Made by a program: the position numbers and the translations under genes. Below the pieces are notes generated by a model. That model was not told the origin of the DNA and did no database searches. It saw only the letters and a program-made list of their open reading frames with translations. DNA of 60,849 nt, filler included, from Streblomastix strix (Eukaryota), in the NCBI GenBank assembly GCA_008636045.1. It is 3 parts of 3 records of this genome, joined end to end, with 100 filler letters (N's around TTAATTAATTAA, not from the genome) between each part and the next. Parts side by side here need not be neighbours in the genome. Positions count along the whole stretch, not along the records: positions 40,641 to 60,849 come from SNRW01000451.1; 2 more parts are not named here. One strand, written 5' to 3'. Positions 40,643 to 55,148 of this stretch are shown one piece after another. How positions within the stretch are numbered: position 1 is the stretch's first letter; each line of letters opens with the position of its first letter.

Positions 40643-43600
40643 GAAAAACAGCAGAAAAATAATGAAAAGGATATATTAAATAAATTAGAAATCAAAGAAG
40701 AAAATATAAGTAAGAATTAAAAGAAAAGCATACATAATATTGAAAATATTAATAAATTGATAAAGAATAATATTAACTTAGAAAACCAATAAAATAATGA
40801 GAAAGAATTGCTAAAGGAAAAATAATAATAAGAAGTTGAACTGAATAATGATAATGATAATTAAATTCCAAAACATTAATTCAAACATATAATTAGCAAG
40901 AATTCTCGCAAACATTCTCATTAATAATAAATTTTACTTGAAAAAGATAGTTAAATAATGAAAGATCTAACTCCTTATTCCTAAAAATCAAGTTAAACAT
41001 AAAAATCTGATCTTGTAAATAAACCTTTATTGTAACATTCATAATCTTAAGTTTCTTCACCATCGCAATAACAAACTTAGTCTTAATATTCATCAATGTA
41101 ACAATAATCTTCTTTTCTATAATAATCACCATAATTTTCTACTTCATAATCTCCATTAATATAACAAAATCAGAACAAATCAGATAACTACCAAAATTCA
41201 GAAGCAGATTTCGGAGAGAAAAGCTCCAATAATATCAGCAGCTTGAAAAGTCCAATTTTATCTGGTTTCACATCTTTGAAACCAGCTTCTTCTGCTTTTA
41301 AATTCATAATGAACGTACCATAAAGCACTTAGATAAGCCAAGAACAAGAACTTTCACAGTAAAACAGTAAGAAAATGTTTCAATCAGTACCGAATTTTTA
41401 AAATTTAATCAAAAAACATGATTAAACTTAAAATGATATGGAAAACGATAATAAAGACTTTACCAACAGTCAATACAATATCAAACCAGTCATACTTATA
41501 CTACCAGACCGTAATAATGCCCTTATGTCATAGAGCAATACAATTAAATAAGATGAATTGTCACTGCGTGGTCAAAAAGAATTGCTTCGCGATCAAAATT
41601 AATTAGATCGTTCTCAGATGATTGATCAAGATCAATAAGATGGAAATATATATCCAGAACGAGATATCTCATAGAACGCATCTCATAATTTGGCTTAACT
41701 TCTGAATATTTAATCTCATGGATTATCACCACATTATTAATAATCACCTAAATATCAATAATTTCCACATAACAGTAATAATTTCCCACCCAAATATAAT
41801 TTTGCACCTCTTTTCCTACCTAAATTATATCATTATTAATCTGCAAATTAATCTCCAAATTTATCCCCAAAATTCTCCCCTCATAATCAATTGCATTCTT
41901 AAAGATTCACTCTCGGAAAACATAATTCAATGTATTCACAGCTGATTCCATCAGCGAAATCACAACAAATGTACTAATATTAAAGAAATTTACTTCATTT
42001 ACATTTGAATTAACAGTATATATTAACTTAATAACGTGTGTAATAACATTAATCATTAAAAGTGCAAGAAGAAAAATAATAATAATTGTAATAATAGTAA
42101 TAGTAATAATAATATAAATATTAAAAATAATCCGAATCTTATCTTTCATCTTAGATAGGGAAAATCAAATAATAATCTTAACAGTTATCTGATTAATCAG
42201 AGTAATCAGTTAAATTAGAAAATACATTATATTCAGCATCATTTAAATCATACAACGAAAAGAACACCAATACTTAAACATCCCATTAATAATTGGCACC
42301 TGATTAGTTTAATGCTAAAGATTAAATTCCTACGTAATCAGTTCCTTCATTTGCATCCTTACATCATTAAAATTAAAATATACCGCCTGATCTTTGTTCA
42401 CCATCAAGTGCAGAATATGCTCATTAATTAAAGTAACAAAATCCAGCCTTGAATAATTCATCTGATTCTGCTTCTTTGCGTTCATAGGACTAAATGTCTT
42501 ATGATTCTCAAATGTACCAGATGTCTTCTGAAGTGAGCGTATAATAAAAATCTAAGGACAAAAAATCTAAAATATCCGATTAAAAAGGTAAATATAATTA
42601 ATATTAACCTAATTATGACTAAAAATTAATTTTGTCTCCTTAATCTACATCGTCATCTTCATCTTCACATACTTCATCAAACTAAACAGCAATTCAAAAG
42701 ATATTTTCTTAAAATTCAAATAATGATGAATACAAAAAATATGAAAACTTGAAGAAATTTAATCAACATTCAATTTAAATTTAAAAATCAGACGAATATG
42801 CAGGATTTTATTAGAATTTCATCCCAGTTTCATTCACACAAACGCATTTATCACAATCTAATTAATATACATATAAATAATCTCATAAAAACGCTCCTAG
42901 TTAAACTTCTTTCCAAAACCAAAACCTTAAAATGCTTAACTCTTCAGGACCTACATCTCCTCATTCAGATTCGCACACTCCTTCAAATCTTCGTTAGCAT
43001 TCTAGCTATACTTCTATTGTGAGCAATAATGCTGATACAAATATAATATTTGGATTTTATCCTCAATATTCAGAAATTCAAAGTTCAAAAAGTGATAATT
43101 TTGTTGATTTGATTATTATATAAAATTAATAATAAGAAGATTTTATAAACAATTAGTTTGATGAATAAAGAAACCAATCAGCACGCGAAATTCACGATAA
43201 AGCCAGCGAATTTTCCAATTGGAAGTAATTTATTGATAGTGTTGGAGCAAATTATGTTCTTGAAGAATAAATTTCCAATTTAGAAGGAAATACTTTAAAA
43301 TAAATGATGAGTAATTATTAAGAATAAGAAATAGACTAAACATAAGAAAATTAGAAAGATGGTCCCCAATAATTAGAAAATTAGATTGAAAATTAGAAAA
43401 TGAAGGAGTTTGAAAAAGAAGAAATAGAAAAAGAATCAAAAAATAGTAATAATGAGAAAGAAATGAATATGAAAAATAAATAAATAATGTAGTAATTTGA
43501 TGAAAATATAACAAATGAGAAAGAAGATGATCCCAAGCAAACTATTTAATTAAATAAATCATAATAATAAACATTGAATTTTGACTAAAATAAATAAAAC

Positions 43601-45274
43601 TAAGATAATAATAATGAATAACAGTAACAAATTAATTTAATTTAGTTAGCTGAGAAGTTCTATTAATTACCAGAAAGTGAGATATCAAAGGGATCTTAAT
43701 TTAAATTCGAATTGTTTCCCGATAACTTATAGGATGAAAAGATAAAGAATATAAATGAATATGACACTAATAACAATAAAGAACATGAAGAAATGAATTT
43801 AATAAATAATAATAATAAAATTCATTATGATGATAATAACTCATAATAAAATCAAATTTAGAAGAAAAAGAAAAAAATTCAAGGTTTAAAAAGATAAAAT
43901 AAATAATAATAATTTAAATTTAATGAAGATTATACTAAAATAAATATTAAAGATAACGCACTACCAGCTTAATATTTAAACATGGAAAATAATGAGGAGC
44001 TGAATAAAAAAGATAATTAAGATGATAGCATTTTTGATGAAGATATTATATTACCCAATTAAGTCTTGAACGATTCTATTAATAAATTATGGAAAACTAA
44101 ATAATTATCACTTCCATAATCAAAATAATCTTCTTAATAATCATATTAAACATCTCTTTCTTCTTAATCAACTCCATAAAAATCTATTTATTTTAGTAAT
44201 TCTATAGACAATAATAGTAATTAAAAAAATAAATTTTTAATCCCAGATATTGAAAATATACATTCTCAAACATCTCTACTTTTCTAAACACCCACCAATT
44301 CATAAAACTTGTCTTTTTCATTAAATTCATATTAACCAGATAACTCTAATTTCATCAGTACAGAATTATCTACATCAATTTTAAGTGCGGCAACAAATTC
44401 TCCACATTTGAATGCACTGCCATCAATTAGTCCACCTTAGATTACAATTAAATCTTGTTCACCACCAACAAATTTTCATGCTTCAACATCATAATTAAAC
44501 AATTATCAAGCTTCAACATCCAAATTAAACAATTTTCAAGCTTCAACATCTTAATTAAACAATTTTTAAGCTTCAACATCCAAATTTAACAATTTTCAAA
44601 CCTCAGCCTAATTAGTTAAATTTCAAACTTCATCGTCTGAATTAGCAAATTCAGCTTAGGATTAATTAGACAATTCATCTTAGGATTAATTAAATCCTTT
44701 GTAAACTCTTTTATAATACAATCAGCCAATTTCTTATTCATAGAATAATTAATAAATCAATCATACTGGTTCTACTTATTCATCATCCATATAATCTATG
44801 GATAATTTACTAAAGACGCAAGATTAACCAGATTAACTAATTAATTTAGATTCATTGTAAATTTAACCCCTAACAAAAAAGAGAGTTCCTATTTCGAAGA
44901 TTTCTAACTCACCACTCCGAAAAAATGTTATTATTTCATCATCATTTTTTTCTTATAATAACTTAAGCTCTATTTCTTCGCTATTATCATCATAATCCGA
45001 ATCTAATCTAAATAATTAGAAATAAGAAGAACAGAATGAAAAATTGAGATAATAAGAAGTTTAAGGTGATGAAAATATAAATAATGGAATTGTATAAAAA
45101 TATTAATAAATGAATGCGTGGTCTGATGATAAGGAAATGAAAGAAAAAACGTAATTGTCAGAAAATTAAAAAGAAAATTTATAAGAAAACGAGATCAGTA
45201 AAATAAAAGAAAAAACAGACGTAAATATTAATTCATCATTCAACGCAAATTAACATTGCTGTATTATTTTATGA
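40643..45274 (+). CDS. Hypothetical low-complexity Q/N/S-rich protein, 5'-truncated
   Basis: The frame starting EKQQKNNEKDILNKLE is in phase with TGA 45272-45274 under table 6 (not every codon checked). No recognisable domain. Confidence 0.6.
44471..44610 (+). repeat. 30-bp coding tandem repeat, ~4.5 copies (NFQASTSQLN-like)
   Basis: Units of AATTTTCAAGCTTCAACATCxxAATTAAAC at 30-nt spacing. Confidence 0.9.
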
Positions 45275-45629
45275 GCTTAGTGTTAATTACTAGATATTTT
45301 TTTTTATTTTTTTTAATATTTATTCATTTTTTTTAAAAAAATATTAATTTATGTTTAATTTTGTTATAAAATTCTTAATGTTTTTATTCATTTTTCAAAA
45401 TTATCATTTATTCTAAAATTTCTTCAATAGGTTCATTTTTTAAAGGAATTTTTATTATATTTTAATTTTTATTTATTTTCAAATCATAAACCAGTTTTAA
45501 TATTTAATATTTTTATACTTCACACTATAAGAATCAACTTATAAATCTTTTTTTATAAATATACTCTTTTCTGAAATATAATGAACTATTATGTAGTTTT
45601 ATTGAATTATGTAACTTCTTATTTCATAT

Positions 45630-46375
45630 TATTATTTCATAATTTTATAATAACCACTATTCTTTATTTCTATTTTTGTACCATCATTACTGAATTTTAC
45701 TATTAAAGATTATCTCTTTGATAATTTTATATACTATTCCCATACCTTATTCTTTATTAAATGGTAAAGAAGATTAATAATAAAATAAATCAAATTTCTA
45801 GCGGTTGAATCAAAATTTAATTATATTGTATCTACATTAACTTTTATACTTGCATCAAGACCAATTATATCTTATAAGCATAGAAAATAAGTGATTCTTG
45901 AATATCTGTTCTTGAATAACTTTTTGAATAATGGTAATTGTTTATTTTTGAATACTAACATTGCGTCATCAAATAGAATTAGAGTATGTGGATATTTAAT
46001 TTTTAAATTCTCTGCTCCTATAGTGGTCAGTATTTCCAATTTTGAATCTTATGTAAGCTAATTTATTAGATTTTTCTCAATTACTGTATCATATGCTGCT
46101 TTTGCTTCAATTAGATCATTAATTATTCCATCAATTTCACCGTAAGTAACAATCTTTGTTGGAATAGTGATTAAAGGACTCATTCTCTTATTTGTTTAAT
46201 TATTATTGCAATCAGTAACATTTATAAATATTATATAATTGGTTTTAACTTTACTCAATTTGATTAATTCTTTGAAAGCATTATATGACTTGCCACTTTT
46301 TCTCTAACCTATTAGTAAGTTAATAGAATTTTAAGTGAAGTTAATTTCTATGTGAACTGAATTTTATATCCTCCT
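45630..46375 (-). pseudogene. Polinton/Maverick-type (A32/FtsK-HerA) DNA packaging ATPase, 5'-truncated
   Basis: NSINLLIGQRKSGKS (Walker A, ~46286-46312) is in frame with PHTLILFDDA (Walker B, ~45962-45991), then KLFKNRYSRITYFLCLQDIIGLDASIKVN (Arg finger and Gln sensor of A32-like ATPases). Probable small frameshifts lie near the C-terminus. Confidence 0.8.
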
Positions 46376-46379
46376 TTTA

Positions 46380-47985
46380 GTAGTGATTATGCATGCCTTG
46401 ATAATCCTACAGCACCTAAGAACTTTGTTAATAATTCGTGTCTTCGATCCGCTACGTAACCATGAGCAAAGATGTCAACTGGCCTGGTGGGAGGAGGAGA
46501 CGTTTCTCTATCATACTCGGACACGGAGTCATGATTCGGTTCGATAGTCCAAGGATAATCCATTTTTAATTTTCTTATAGTAGTGTTGTGAACCAACGTT
46601 GGCCAGGCTACCAAGGTACCACCACAATCGCTGTAGTTCATTATTGTTTAAGTTCCAATAAAATTTGTGATATTGATGGGATAGTGGGATGGTACCAGAG
46701 GATTCCATTCTCCTATGTATAGTTAAATACTTATATCCATTGGGCATTCAAATCCTTCAAGTCTGTTAATGCATAGCGAGGTAGGATCACATTGTATTGG
46801 TTTGCGAATAAATCCAGAGTTGGCTCGAGGTTCCACCACAGAAATAGGATTTACGAAAGTTGTGGGTTTATACTGCAGTCCCCCGAGCTATCCAATGCAC
46901 TCAGAGAATCTGCTACTCAATTAATCACTCCTGGAACGTGCACTGTTTATATTTATAGATCCAAATATTGAATTATTTTATATAGATTACTAAAGCCAGA
47001 TGCTAGTTGTGGTGCTGCCTTCAGTAATCCAAGATAAGATATTTTCGAAGTTTTATTCGATCTCCTTAAGATCGTCTATGTTCCCAATTGTACGAAATAT
47101 GTTTCGAAAAACTGAAGACCTGAAGAAATGACCTCCATTTCCTTACTATTATTTGTCCATTTTATTTCATCCCTTTTCCAAATATCCCAAGCTACTAGAA
47201 CATCTCCCGTTCTCAATTCAGGAGTTATTCCATTACCATGACGAGCGGCTTCAGTAGTTATAGTCTTTTGTAATATATTTCATATCATAGAAAATTTATT
47301 ATTTTCTTATATCTTATTGATCCATCAATACATCTCTGGCAGTACTTGCATCGGTAATCTCATCATCCCGTACCTTCCGTGTTCTTTCGCTGCTCATGTT
47401 AGTGCTGTATATAGGAGCATCAGATTAAGGAAAGCCTACATGTTCTGTAGTCTAAGGCAACTTAAAGTTCCAATTATCGCTGCCAGATATTTTATTTGTG
47501 TCATATGACTACCTAAAGTTCTCTTTACCCATCCTTTAAGCAAATCAAAGTTCGTTGATCTTCGATTGTTCGCTATATATAGTTCCATTGTTGCTAAATT
47601 CAAGGTCCAACTTAAGAGCACTATCTCTTGTTTCGGTTCCAACTCTTATTTCCAGATGAAGGTTGTGTTTTGATTTTTGTTTCTAAAAAGTGTTTCTGAG
47701 AGCTGAGCAGATGCTCCCTCCCCAGTAATAACTTCTGGAATTAGAACAGTGCGAATCGGCACATCGTTATACTCGATATATCAGGAAACCTACCTCGTCA
47801 CATCATGAGGTGATGATTTAGGACATCATGCGAGTTTATAGCGGAATATTCGATTTGTTCTAATAATTGAACATAGTAAAAATGAGCTTTAGAAACCTAT
47901 TTTCTCTATTGTTAATTGACTGAAAAATGTTTTCTGAATTGTTATCAAGTTTTGATCATGTATCATGTCATGCAGCAAGTTATTA
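46380..47985 (-). mobile_element. DIRS fragment C, same family as copy A, internally deleted
   Basis: Aligns by eye to copy A at ~22020-23780 (MT, RNase H, RT C-terminus) without the MITE. At ~47660-47690 it jumps to sequence matching copy A at ~24530-24820, so the RT core is missing. Confidence 0.85.
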
Positions 47986-47989
47986 ACGC

Positions 47990-50900
47990 ACTAATGCAAC
48001 GCACTGCACCGCTATCACTCCTTTAAAGATAGCTAGGGCAAATACTAGAAGGAATCACCGGAGAGCCGCTGCAAGAAACTTACCTCTACGCATCAAATAT
48101 GTCGAATACGCTGGTTCTGGAGGTAATACAACGCTAAGCATAGGTATCGCAGCTTTTATAACACATGGAGATACCAGCTGCTGATCGACCACTTCTGCTG
48201 CTAGTTTGGACGATAGACGCTCTCGCATCAGGATTTTAATTGCAATTGGTGGAGTTCTGTGAGCTTGTTATACTTACTATATAACGTATGTTGGAGGGCA
48301 ATTTGACAGAGGCGTTGATTGTTACAGTATCTGAACTAGTCCTGGCCATCGGACAGGCAAAAAGCACTAATATGGAGAAAATAAGACCTTTTTTGGAACT
48401 AATGTTTATTTATTCGATTGAAACAACAACTCCATGATGAGTAACGCCAACTTTGTGACAATGTAGTGATAGATTGACATCCAGTTGTTAAGCTCGGGAT
48501 AAAGTGTCACAAATATACATGACAACCTAATTAGGGCAAACGCATTTTTAAATCTTCAGCGCCCGTAGAGACGCGCAATGTTGACACCAGCCTAGATCAC
48601 GAATAAATTACTTCTAGGAATCAGCACACAATAGGAATAACAGACTCAATTGTCATAAATTTCATAAGCGACCTCGCTATGACCTTTTTAAGCATATCTA
48701 CTGTATAATTTTCAGTCACAACAATAACCATTATCCCTGAATAAAGGTCTATTCAATAGTACAGCAAAAGTGTATATTAATCAACAAAATTCCACACAAC
48801 CGGACCTTTCATTATTCCGATAATAATAAATCGCACTAAATCTTCATATAATTTAAAATCCTCTGCAATTAGGAGCAAACGCTGAAGGTGATTAAACCAA
48901 GAGACAGATCACTTTCACAAGAAATACTCATATTGTGATGGAGATCGAAATGCAATCTGAAGGACGCGATATAAATCCTCCGCCACTTGAGACAAAAATC
49001 AACCAAACCCCCTTTTATTAGCAAAGAGACTATTGGGCAACGAAATCTTACCTACTGAAGTATATTGGCTAACCAGGAGCTGGTTTATATTATCCAGGAT
49101 ATGGAGAAGGACAGATTGATGTACAAGATGTAATCCTGAGACACACCAGAGGCGAAACCATCTCAATTGCAGAATGTAGAAAGTTTTGAAAGGAGCCTGA
49201 TATAGATCTTAAACTAGATACAGTAAGACTATATTCTCTGGTATTTGACTCTGAAGACCAAGGCAAAGAGAAAGATTAAATTACTGCCTTTTGGAATAAT
49301 CCAAGAAAGAGATACAGACAGGATGATTGATCAAATTTAAGGGGAAATTTCATGAATTCTTAGATTAGATATAATTATAGAGATATGTTCAGATCGCAAG
49401 GTCGTAGGTAAAGAGGAGGGAGAGGAGAATTCAGAGGAAGAGGTTACAGAAGAAATAGAGGCGGTCATAATAAAGATAACCAGGCAGTAGACATAAATTA
49501 TATTGGTAACAACCATAATTTATTTTATGTCGCTCCATGGCCCCCAGATTAACAAGTTCCGGCAATTTTACCGAATACAATTGTTTCAAATCTTTCTTAA
49601 AGGCAAACTGGTGGTCCAACTCCCCTATTGGTTAGAACTCCAGAATAATGGAAGTTAAATAAGACTCCTACTCCCAAATAACAACCAGTACAACCTAACT
49701 CTCCCCAAATTACTCCAAGTTAACCTTAACTCACAAAATAATAATTATAATAAAAATAATTATCAATACATCAATAACCATAAATTTATTAAATTTCTAT
49801 ATAAACTTCTATATCAACTTCGTAATCTTCTAAAACTGCAAGCTTCAATATAATACCTATTCCAACTCCAAATATGTACTAAATACAATAATAAAATGAA
49901 CATCTTCTTCATCTTCCTGTTGCTGTGTCTCCTTCTCTAATCAATCCAACTAATATTGAATTACCTTTAGCGGTTGATACACGGCATAATGAAATGATAC
50001 AACCTATAAATTACACATATGTACATTAGTAACAATCTCGGAAGCAATAGCAATTGGTAAATCAACAATAATAACACTTCAATTTGTTGAATTAATAGTT
50101 TATTAACTATATAGACTTGCATATCTTCCTAATTCCTGATCAAGCATAACTACATAATCAATAGGTTTGGATCTAAGAGCAGAATAAGATGCTTAAAGAT
50201 TTTACAATTAAATGCTGCTACAATAGAATAGGGCTAGAAGAGAATATCAGATCCATATGTAACAAAGAGTACAAAATAAAGCTTAGAAATTCTTAATGGA
50301 TGGAATGCTTATGAATCTAGAAGCTAGGAGCAAAGGGTTTGATAACCTCTCTTACTATCCTTTTGGAAACCTTTTAACCCTGTTTCAATTCAAATCAATA
50401 TCTTGACGACCTCAGCTAGATTCCTTCTTAAGACCAATAAGAATATTCCAACGATTCAGATGATATTCGAATAAGAAGAGACGAAGACCATAAAAGCAAT
50501 GATGGTGTTTTTGGAGAAGCTGATCTAAGATAATAATAAATAAGAGGTCAAAGAGGAAGAAGAAGGAAAAGAATAGGTTTAAGTAAAGCATAAACTCATG
50601 TAGAACCCTTTTACATAGTAATTAACCTATTTAGGAAAGTGGGTAGTTTAAGTTAAAAGTCCCTGGACAAAGGCGCGTGAAGACTTGAGCAGTCAATGGG
50701 ACCATAAATCCCAGCTCCTAATTTTCTCGTATAAAGCAGATCACTGGCGGTAGTGACTTTAATTTTGGATCAAGTATGGACATAGATATGGAACAGATGA
50801 TGGAAAGGGATCTTACTCAAACATATCCTACAATCAATGAAGGCTCAATTGTTTCATCTGCCCCAACGTAATTGGGGGACGGCATCATAACATTTAGGGG

Positions 50901-53900
50901 TAGAAATTGTTGATGTTTTTGCAGCTTAACGCGCAAATATTTAGCAATTGAATGATGGAAATAAGATGAATATTCCTCAACAAGGTCATCATGCAGCTTA
51001 GATCGCAAATATCCATGGATTCCAACCCATGATTTGTCCGGAGTAAGAACAATCTGAAGATGAACCTGAACAAGACCAGGGTAAACTTGACTTAAACAAT
51101 CTTCCAGATAATCCAGGAAATGAAGGCCCACAGGGGCTTATATAAGAAACCAGAAGGGGCGAAGCGAATAAAGGCAGCATTAAATCATGCCCCAAATCTT
51201 CCCGTAAGAAGAAGAACGGTCACTGACAGCGCAAACTTCGCCTCAGGGCTGTAAATGCTGATGTAGGTCTGGAAGCATTAACAGGAGGAGAAACAACCAG
51301 AGATTCCTCCTTGGAGAAGCTAAACCTCAGAATAACAACAACAACTGGGTGGAAAACTCATGGGATGCATCACAGCTTGGGAAACAATTAATTGTAAAGA
51401 TTTCATACAGAAAGGATTTTATCTATTCTTTAAAATAATAACAATCGAGAGAGACTTTAACAAACAATCGCACAATCTCCCTTCCAAGGGAATTAAACAG
51501 AAATGCAAGCATCCAAAGCGAAGTTATAAGAGTAACTATAGGAAGAAATAATAGAAGAAATTCCGAAAGGTCAAGTTAAATGGTGGAACCCAACTTTTCT
51601 GGTTCCTAAACCTTCGAGAGAATGGAGAAAGATATTAGTTGCAAATCTTCTGGACGAAGAAATACAACCACTACATTTCTAAATGAATGGAGTCGAGCAA
51701 GTTCGAACTTCCTCATTCCTAATCTTTGGACAGTAACACTAAATCTCAAATCGGCCTTTCTTCACTTAATCGTATACGTTCCATACAGAGCATGCCTGGC
51801 TTTCGAAGTCAATAATCACCACTACCAAAATAATGCAATGCCATTTGGATGCAAACATTCCCCAATTTTCTTTAGCCTGGTACTTATCCTTCTTTTAACA
51901 GAGATTCGTAAGAGAACAGGTCTCAGAATAATTAACTACTCCGACGATCTACTTCTCCTATATCTAGATAAAAACTGGCTTTTCTACCAAACACAATACA
52001 TAATCAACATTCTGGAGCATTTTAATTGGACAATAGCTCTGAATAAATGCCAATTAACTGCGAAATAAGAGATAGACTTCCTCGGATGGACATGGAATAT
52101 GACTTCAATGAATATTTTCAAGACTAAAGATAGAAAGCACCAATTAATAAAATAAATTAAACAATTTATTAAGAACGCATAAAGACATAAAATAATCAAT
52201 ATTAAATAAACAGCAGCTTTAATCAGAAGATTGAATTTCTTGAGAACTCAATTCAGAGAAGCTTCACTATATCTAATATTAATAGACTCAGCTAAAACTG
52301 GAGCGGTCAAAACGCAATGCTGGACTGCTAATGATGGTCTCACCGCTAGAAGCCCTGAAGAAACTCTACTGATGGATTAAGAAAATAGCAAAAATTAAGA
52401 AATAATAGATTTAAGACCCAATTTCACAAGCAACAATAGAAACAGAAGCCTCATCTCAAAGGTGGGAGGCATATTAGAACTAGATTCAGGAGAGGAACAA
52501 GTAGCTCATGGAGTATGGCTAAGCCATCAAATACATTGAACAAATAATAGTAAAGGACTGCAGGCCATTCACTTATAAATAATAGCTTTCGCAAGAGTTT
52601 GCAAAGAGCTGCAGATAACTAATCTCCTAATTAGATCAGATAACTCTACAGCAGTTTTCGATTTAAGAAGGCAGAGAGCAACAGACACTTTAACACCCGC
52701 ATTGAAGGAGATTTACCTCATATGCCAATATTTGAACTTGAAAATAATAACATAACACATACCGTGAAAGATAAACATAATAGCAGATGCTCTTTGCAGA
52801 TTGTGTAGATCAGGAGATTATCACCTTAACACATTTTATTTAGATCAAATTAGAATGATATAAAAAATCCAACCAACTCTCGACTTATTCGCTTCATCAA
52901 CAACAAAACAATTTCCTCTATACGTGACAGCGAACATAAGGGATTAATATGCCCAATAGATAGACGCATTCTCAAACATATGGATGAACAGAATCCTGTT
53001 TGAACCCCACCTAGTTCCAATCTTATCAAGAGTAATTTCATACCTTAACAATGTGGCAACTTTAGCAATAGTAATAGCACCTTGTTGGCCGGGCCAGCAT
53101 TGGATTATAAGCATAATGAATTAGTCAAGCAGGTACCCTATCCTTGGACAGTCAAGCCAATGCCTAATCAAAAGACTAGGCACGGAAAACCCAAAAAAAG
53201 TTTTTTACTGCCTGAAACGGAAGCAGCATCCCTCATGTACCAGATGTGGAGAAGGGTAGAAAATTTTTAAATAAGATTTTATAAAGGATCGGACTTTCTG
53301 GAGGAGCTTTGCAACTACTCATCAATAGATAGAGATTCGAGACTCAGAGACACTATCATTATGCAATGAGAACATTGGCAGAATTCTCTTACAAACTTAG
53401 TCTCGGTACTGATCAACATCTCTCAGTTTGCCCGGGCATTTTACTTATAGAAGTTATAAATTGGTTTATAAGATAGACACAAAGTGCTTCTTCAACAAAT
53501 ATCATCCAATCTTGCCTAAAAACAATGCTCTGTGTAATTTTTCATATGCCATAATTAACATCGACTCCGTCAAAACTGGCGTATAGAGCAGTTTAAAACT
53601 ATAAAATTAAAAGTAGAAGATATTCTAATATGTGGAATATAAGACAATTATTTGATTGCTGGCGCTCGCGACTTGATGACAAAGATTTATGAGATATAAA
53701 TGGAACTTGTACCAATATTTTCTCTCCATATGTTTCAACAGAATAAATGAGGCAGCCGGAAAAAACTTAGCCATTTCGAACATAGATTATAAAAACTAAA
53801 CAATTATTTTATACATAACTCTGTAATCAAACAATTCGATTGAACAAAGTGAGATAGGAAGAACAGGAGATCCAAAGGTCTGTCCTAATTCAACTTTATT

Positions 53901-54905
53901 AACGTGGCTTAATCGTTTATATTGGCATTATGGGATGGAACTTCAACATTTTGCGAACTTTTTTTAGCAACTTGAATGGTAACCAGCAAATAAACTACGA
54001 ATTGGTCTTTGGTTGAACTTCATTTTACGTGAAATTGGTATTCGAATGACAACTCTGTACTTATTTAAAAATGCAGCATCGACAGAACTAGCAAGAAATG
54101 GATTGAAAACAACAAAATTGAACATTTTTGCACTCAACAGTGTATCTTCATGAGCTACAAGCAATTGCTATATGTATGCTGCTATTGCATGGATTAATGA
54201 TAACGCGATTTTGCTCGTGGGAAGTCACGGCCAAAGCTTTTCTACTTAATCAATCTCGAAATAAAGAGGTGGAGCGATTGAAGAAAGTAACATAAATACA
54301 TTGCCAGGGTGTTATTAATAACTCTCTGGTAATAGTACGTTATCACGGAGTTCAATTGCTCAACATCTTTCCCTCCCGTTCTATAAGACCCTACCCGTCG
54401 GTCAAGGAATTGAACCAACCGACAACACAAGAGCACGAAACGATATAATATACATTGACCAATATGAATATGATGATATGTCTAGACAACAAGACTAATG
54501 AAGCAGTTGAAATGTTAACGAATTCGGACACTGAAGAAGTTTTGATAAAGGTTTGCAACAACAATGAAAAGAAAACAAATAATAAACAATAACATCATAG
54601 AAATTTTTATTTGCGTGAAATATTTTGTGAGTTTCTTATACGAATTTTAATATTCTTTTCTCACTCTCGCAACAACGAAAATACTATGGCGAGTGAGTTT
54701 TTCTTTTAATGTTTTCCTCACATATCAATTCTTTTTTCTTTAATTGTTTAAACCTCCTCGCTGTTCTTCCCATAACATGGATTTTCAAATTCATCGTATA
54801 TTAACATTTCGAGCTTTCTTTAACTTTTTAATAATGGCCGACCCATAGGGATGGACAGCTCATGAGATATCCCGTCCCTACGGCCGAGTATGGCAGTCTC
54901 ATAAT
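47990..54905 (+). mobile_element. DIRS-type retrotransposon copy D, degenerate
   Basis: Long ORF1 (~48000-51300). RT: WWNPTFLVPKP, LNLKSAFLHL, AMPFGCKHSP, NYSDDLLLL (~51935-51960). RNase H: EASSQRW, LIRSDNST, NIIADAL. MT-like: PTLDLFAS...IDAFSNIW (~52873-52985). YR: VCPNSTL, TLYLFKNAASTELA (~53280-54200). Confidence 0.87.
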
Positions 54906-55148
54906 AAAGATATTGAACAATTGATCTCCGTAACAACGTACTTCTAATAAAATAATTATATATTATAAATAGTTGAAGAAATAATTGCTATATAAGTATT
55001 AGCATAAACATAAAGAATATGAAAAATGAATATAATTTAAAAAGTATAAATAAATACAAAGAGGAGAAAGAATTTGAGATTTGATATTTTCAAATATCTA
55101 TGATAATAAAAGAGTTATTAAAGATGGAAAGAAGTTAATACAAACAAT

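Noticed and set aside
44471..44610. 30-bp repeats as a CRISPR array
   Set aside because: Head-to-tail coding repeats with no spacers and no cas genes, in eukaryotic DNA.
51340..52300. RT regions as retron, DGR or group II intron systems
   Set aside because: Each RT is followed by RNase H, an MT-like domain and a tyrosine recombinase, which is the DIRS arrangement. No template/variable repeat pair or msr-msd was seen.
21100..54200. TGA at Trp/Arg positions in DIRS ORFs as evidence of TGA recoding
   Set aside because: They co-occur with many frameshifts in decayed copies, and host genes terminate at TGA.
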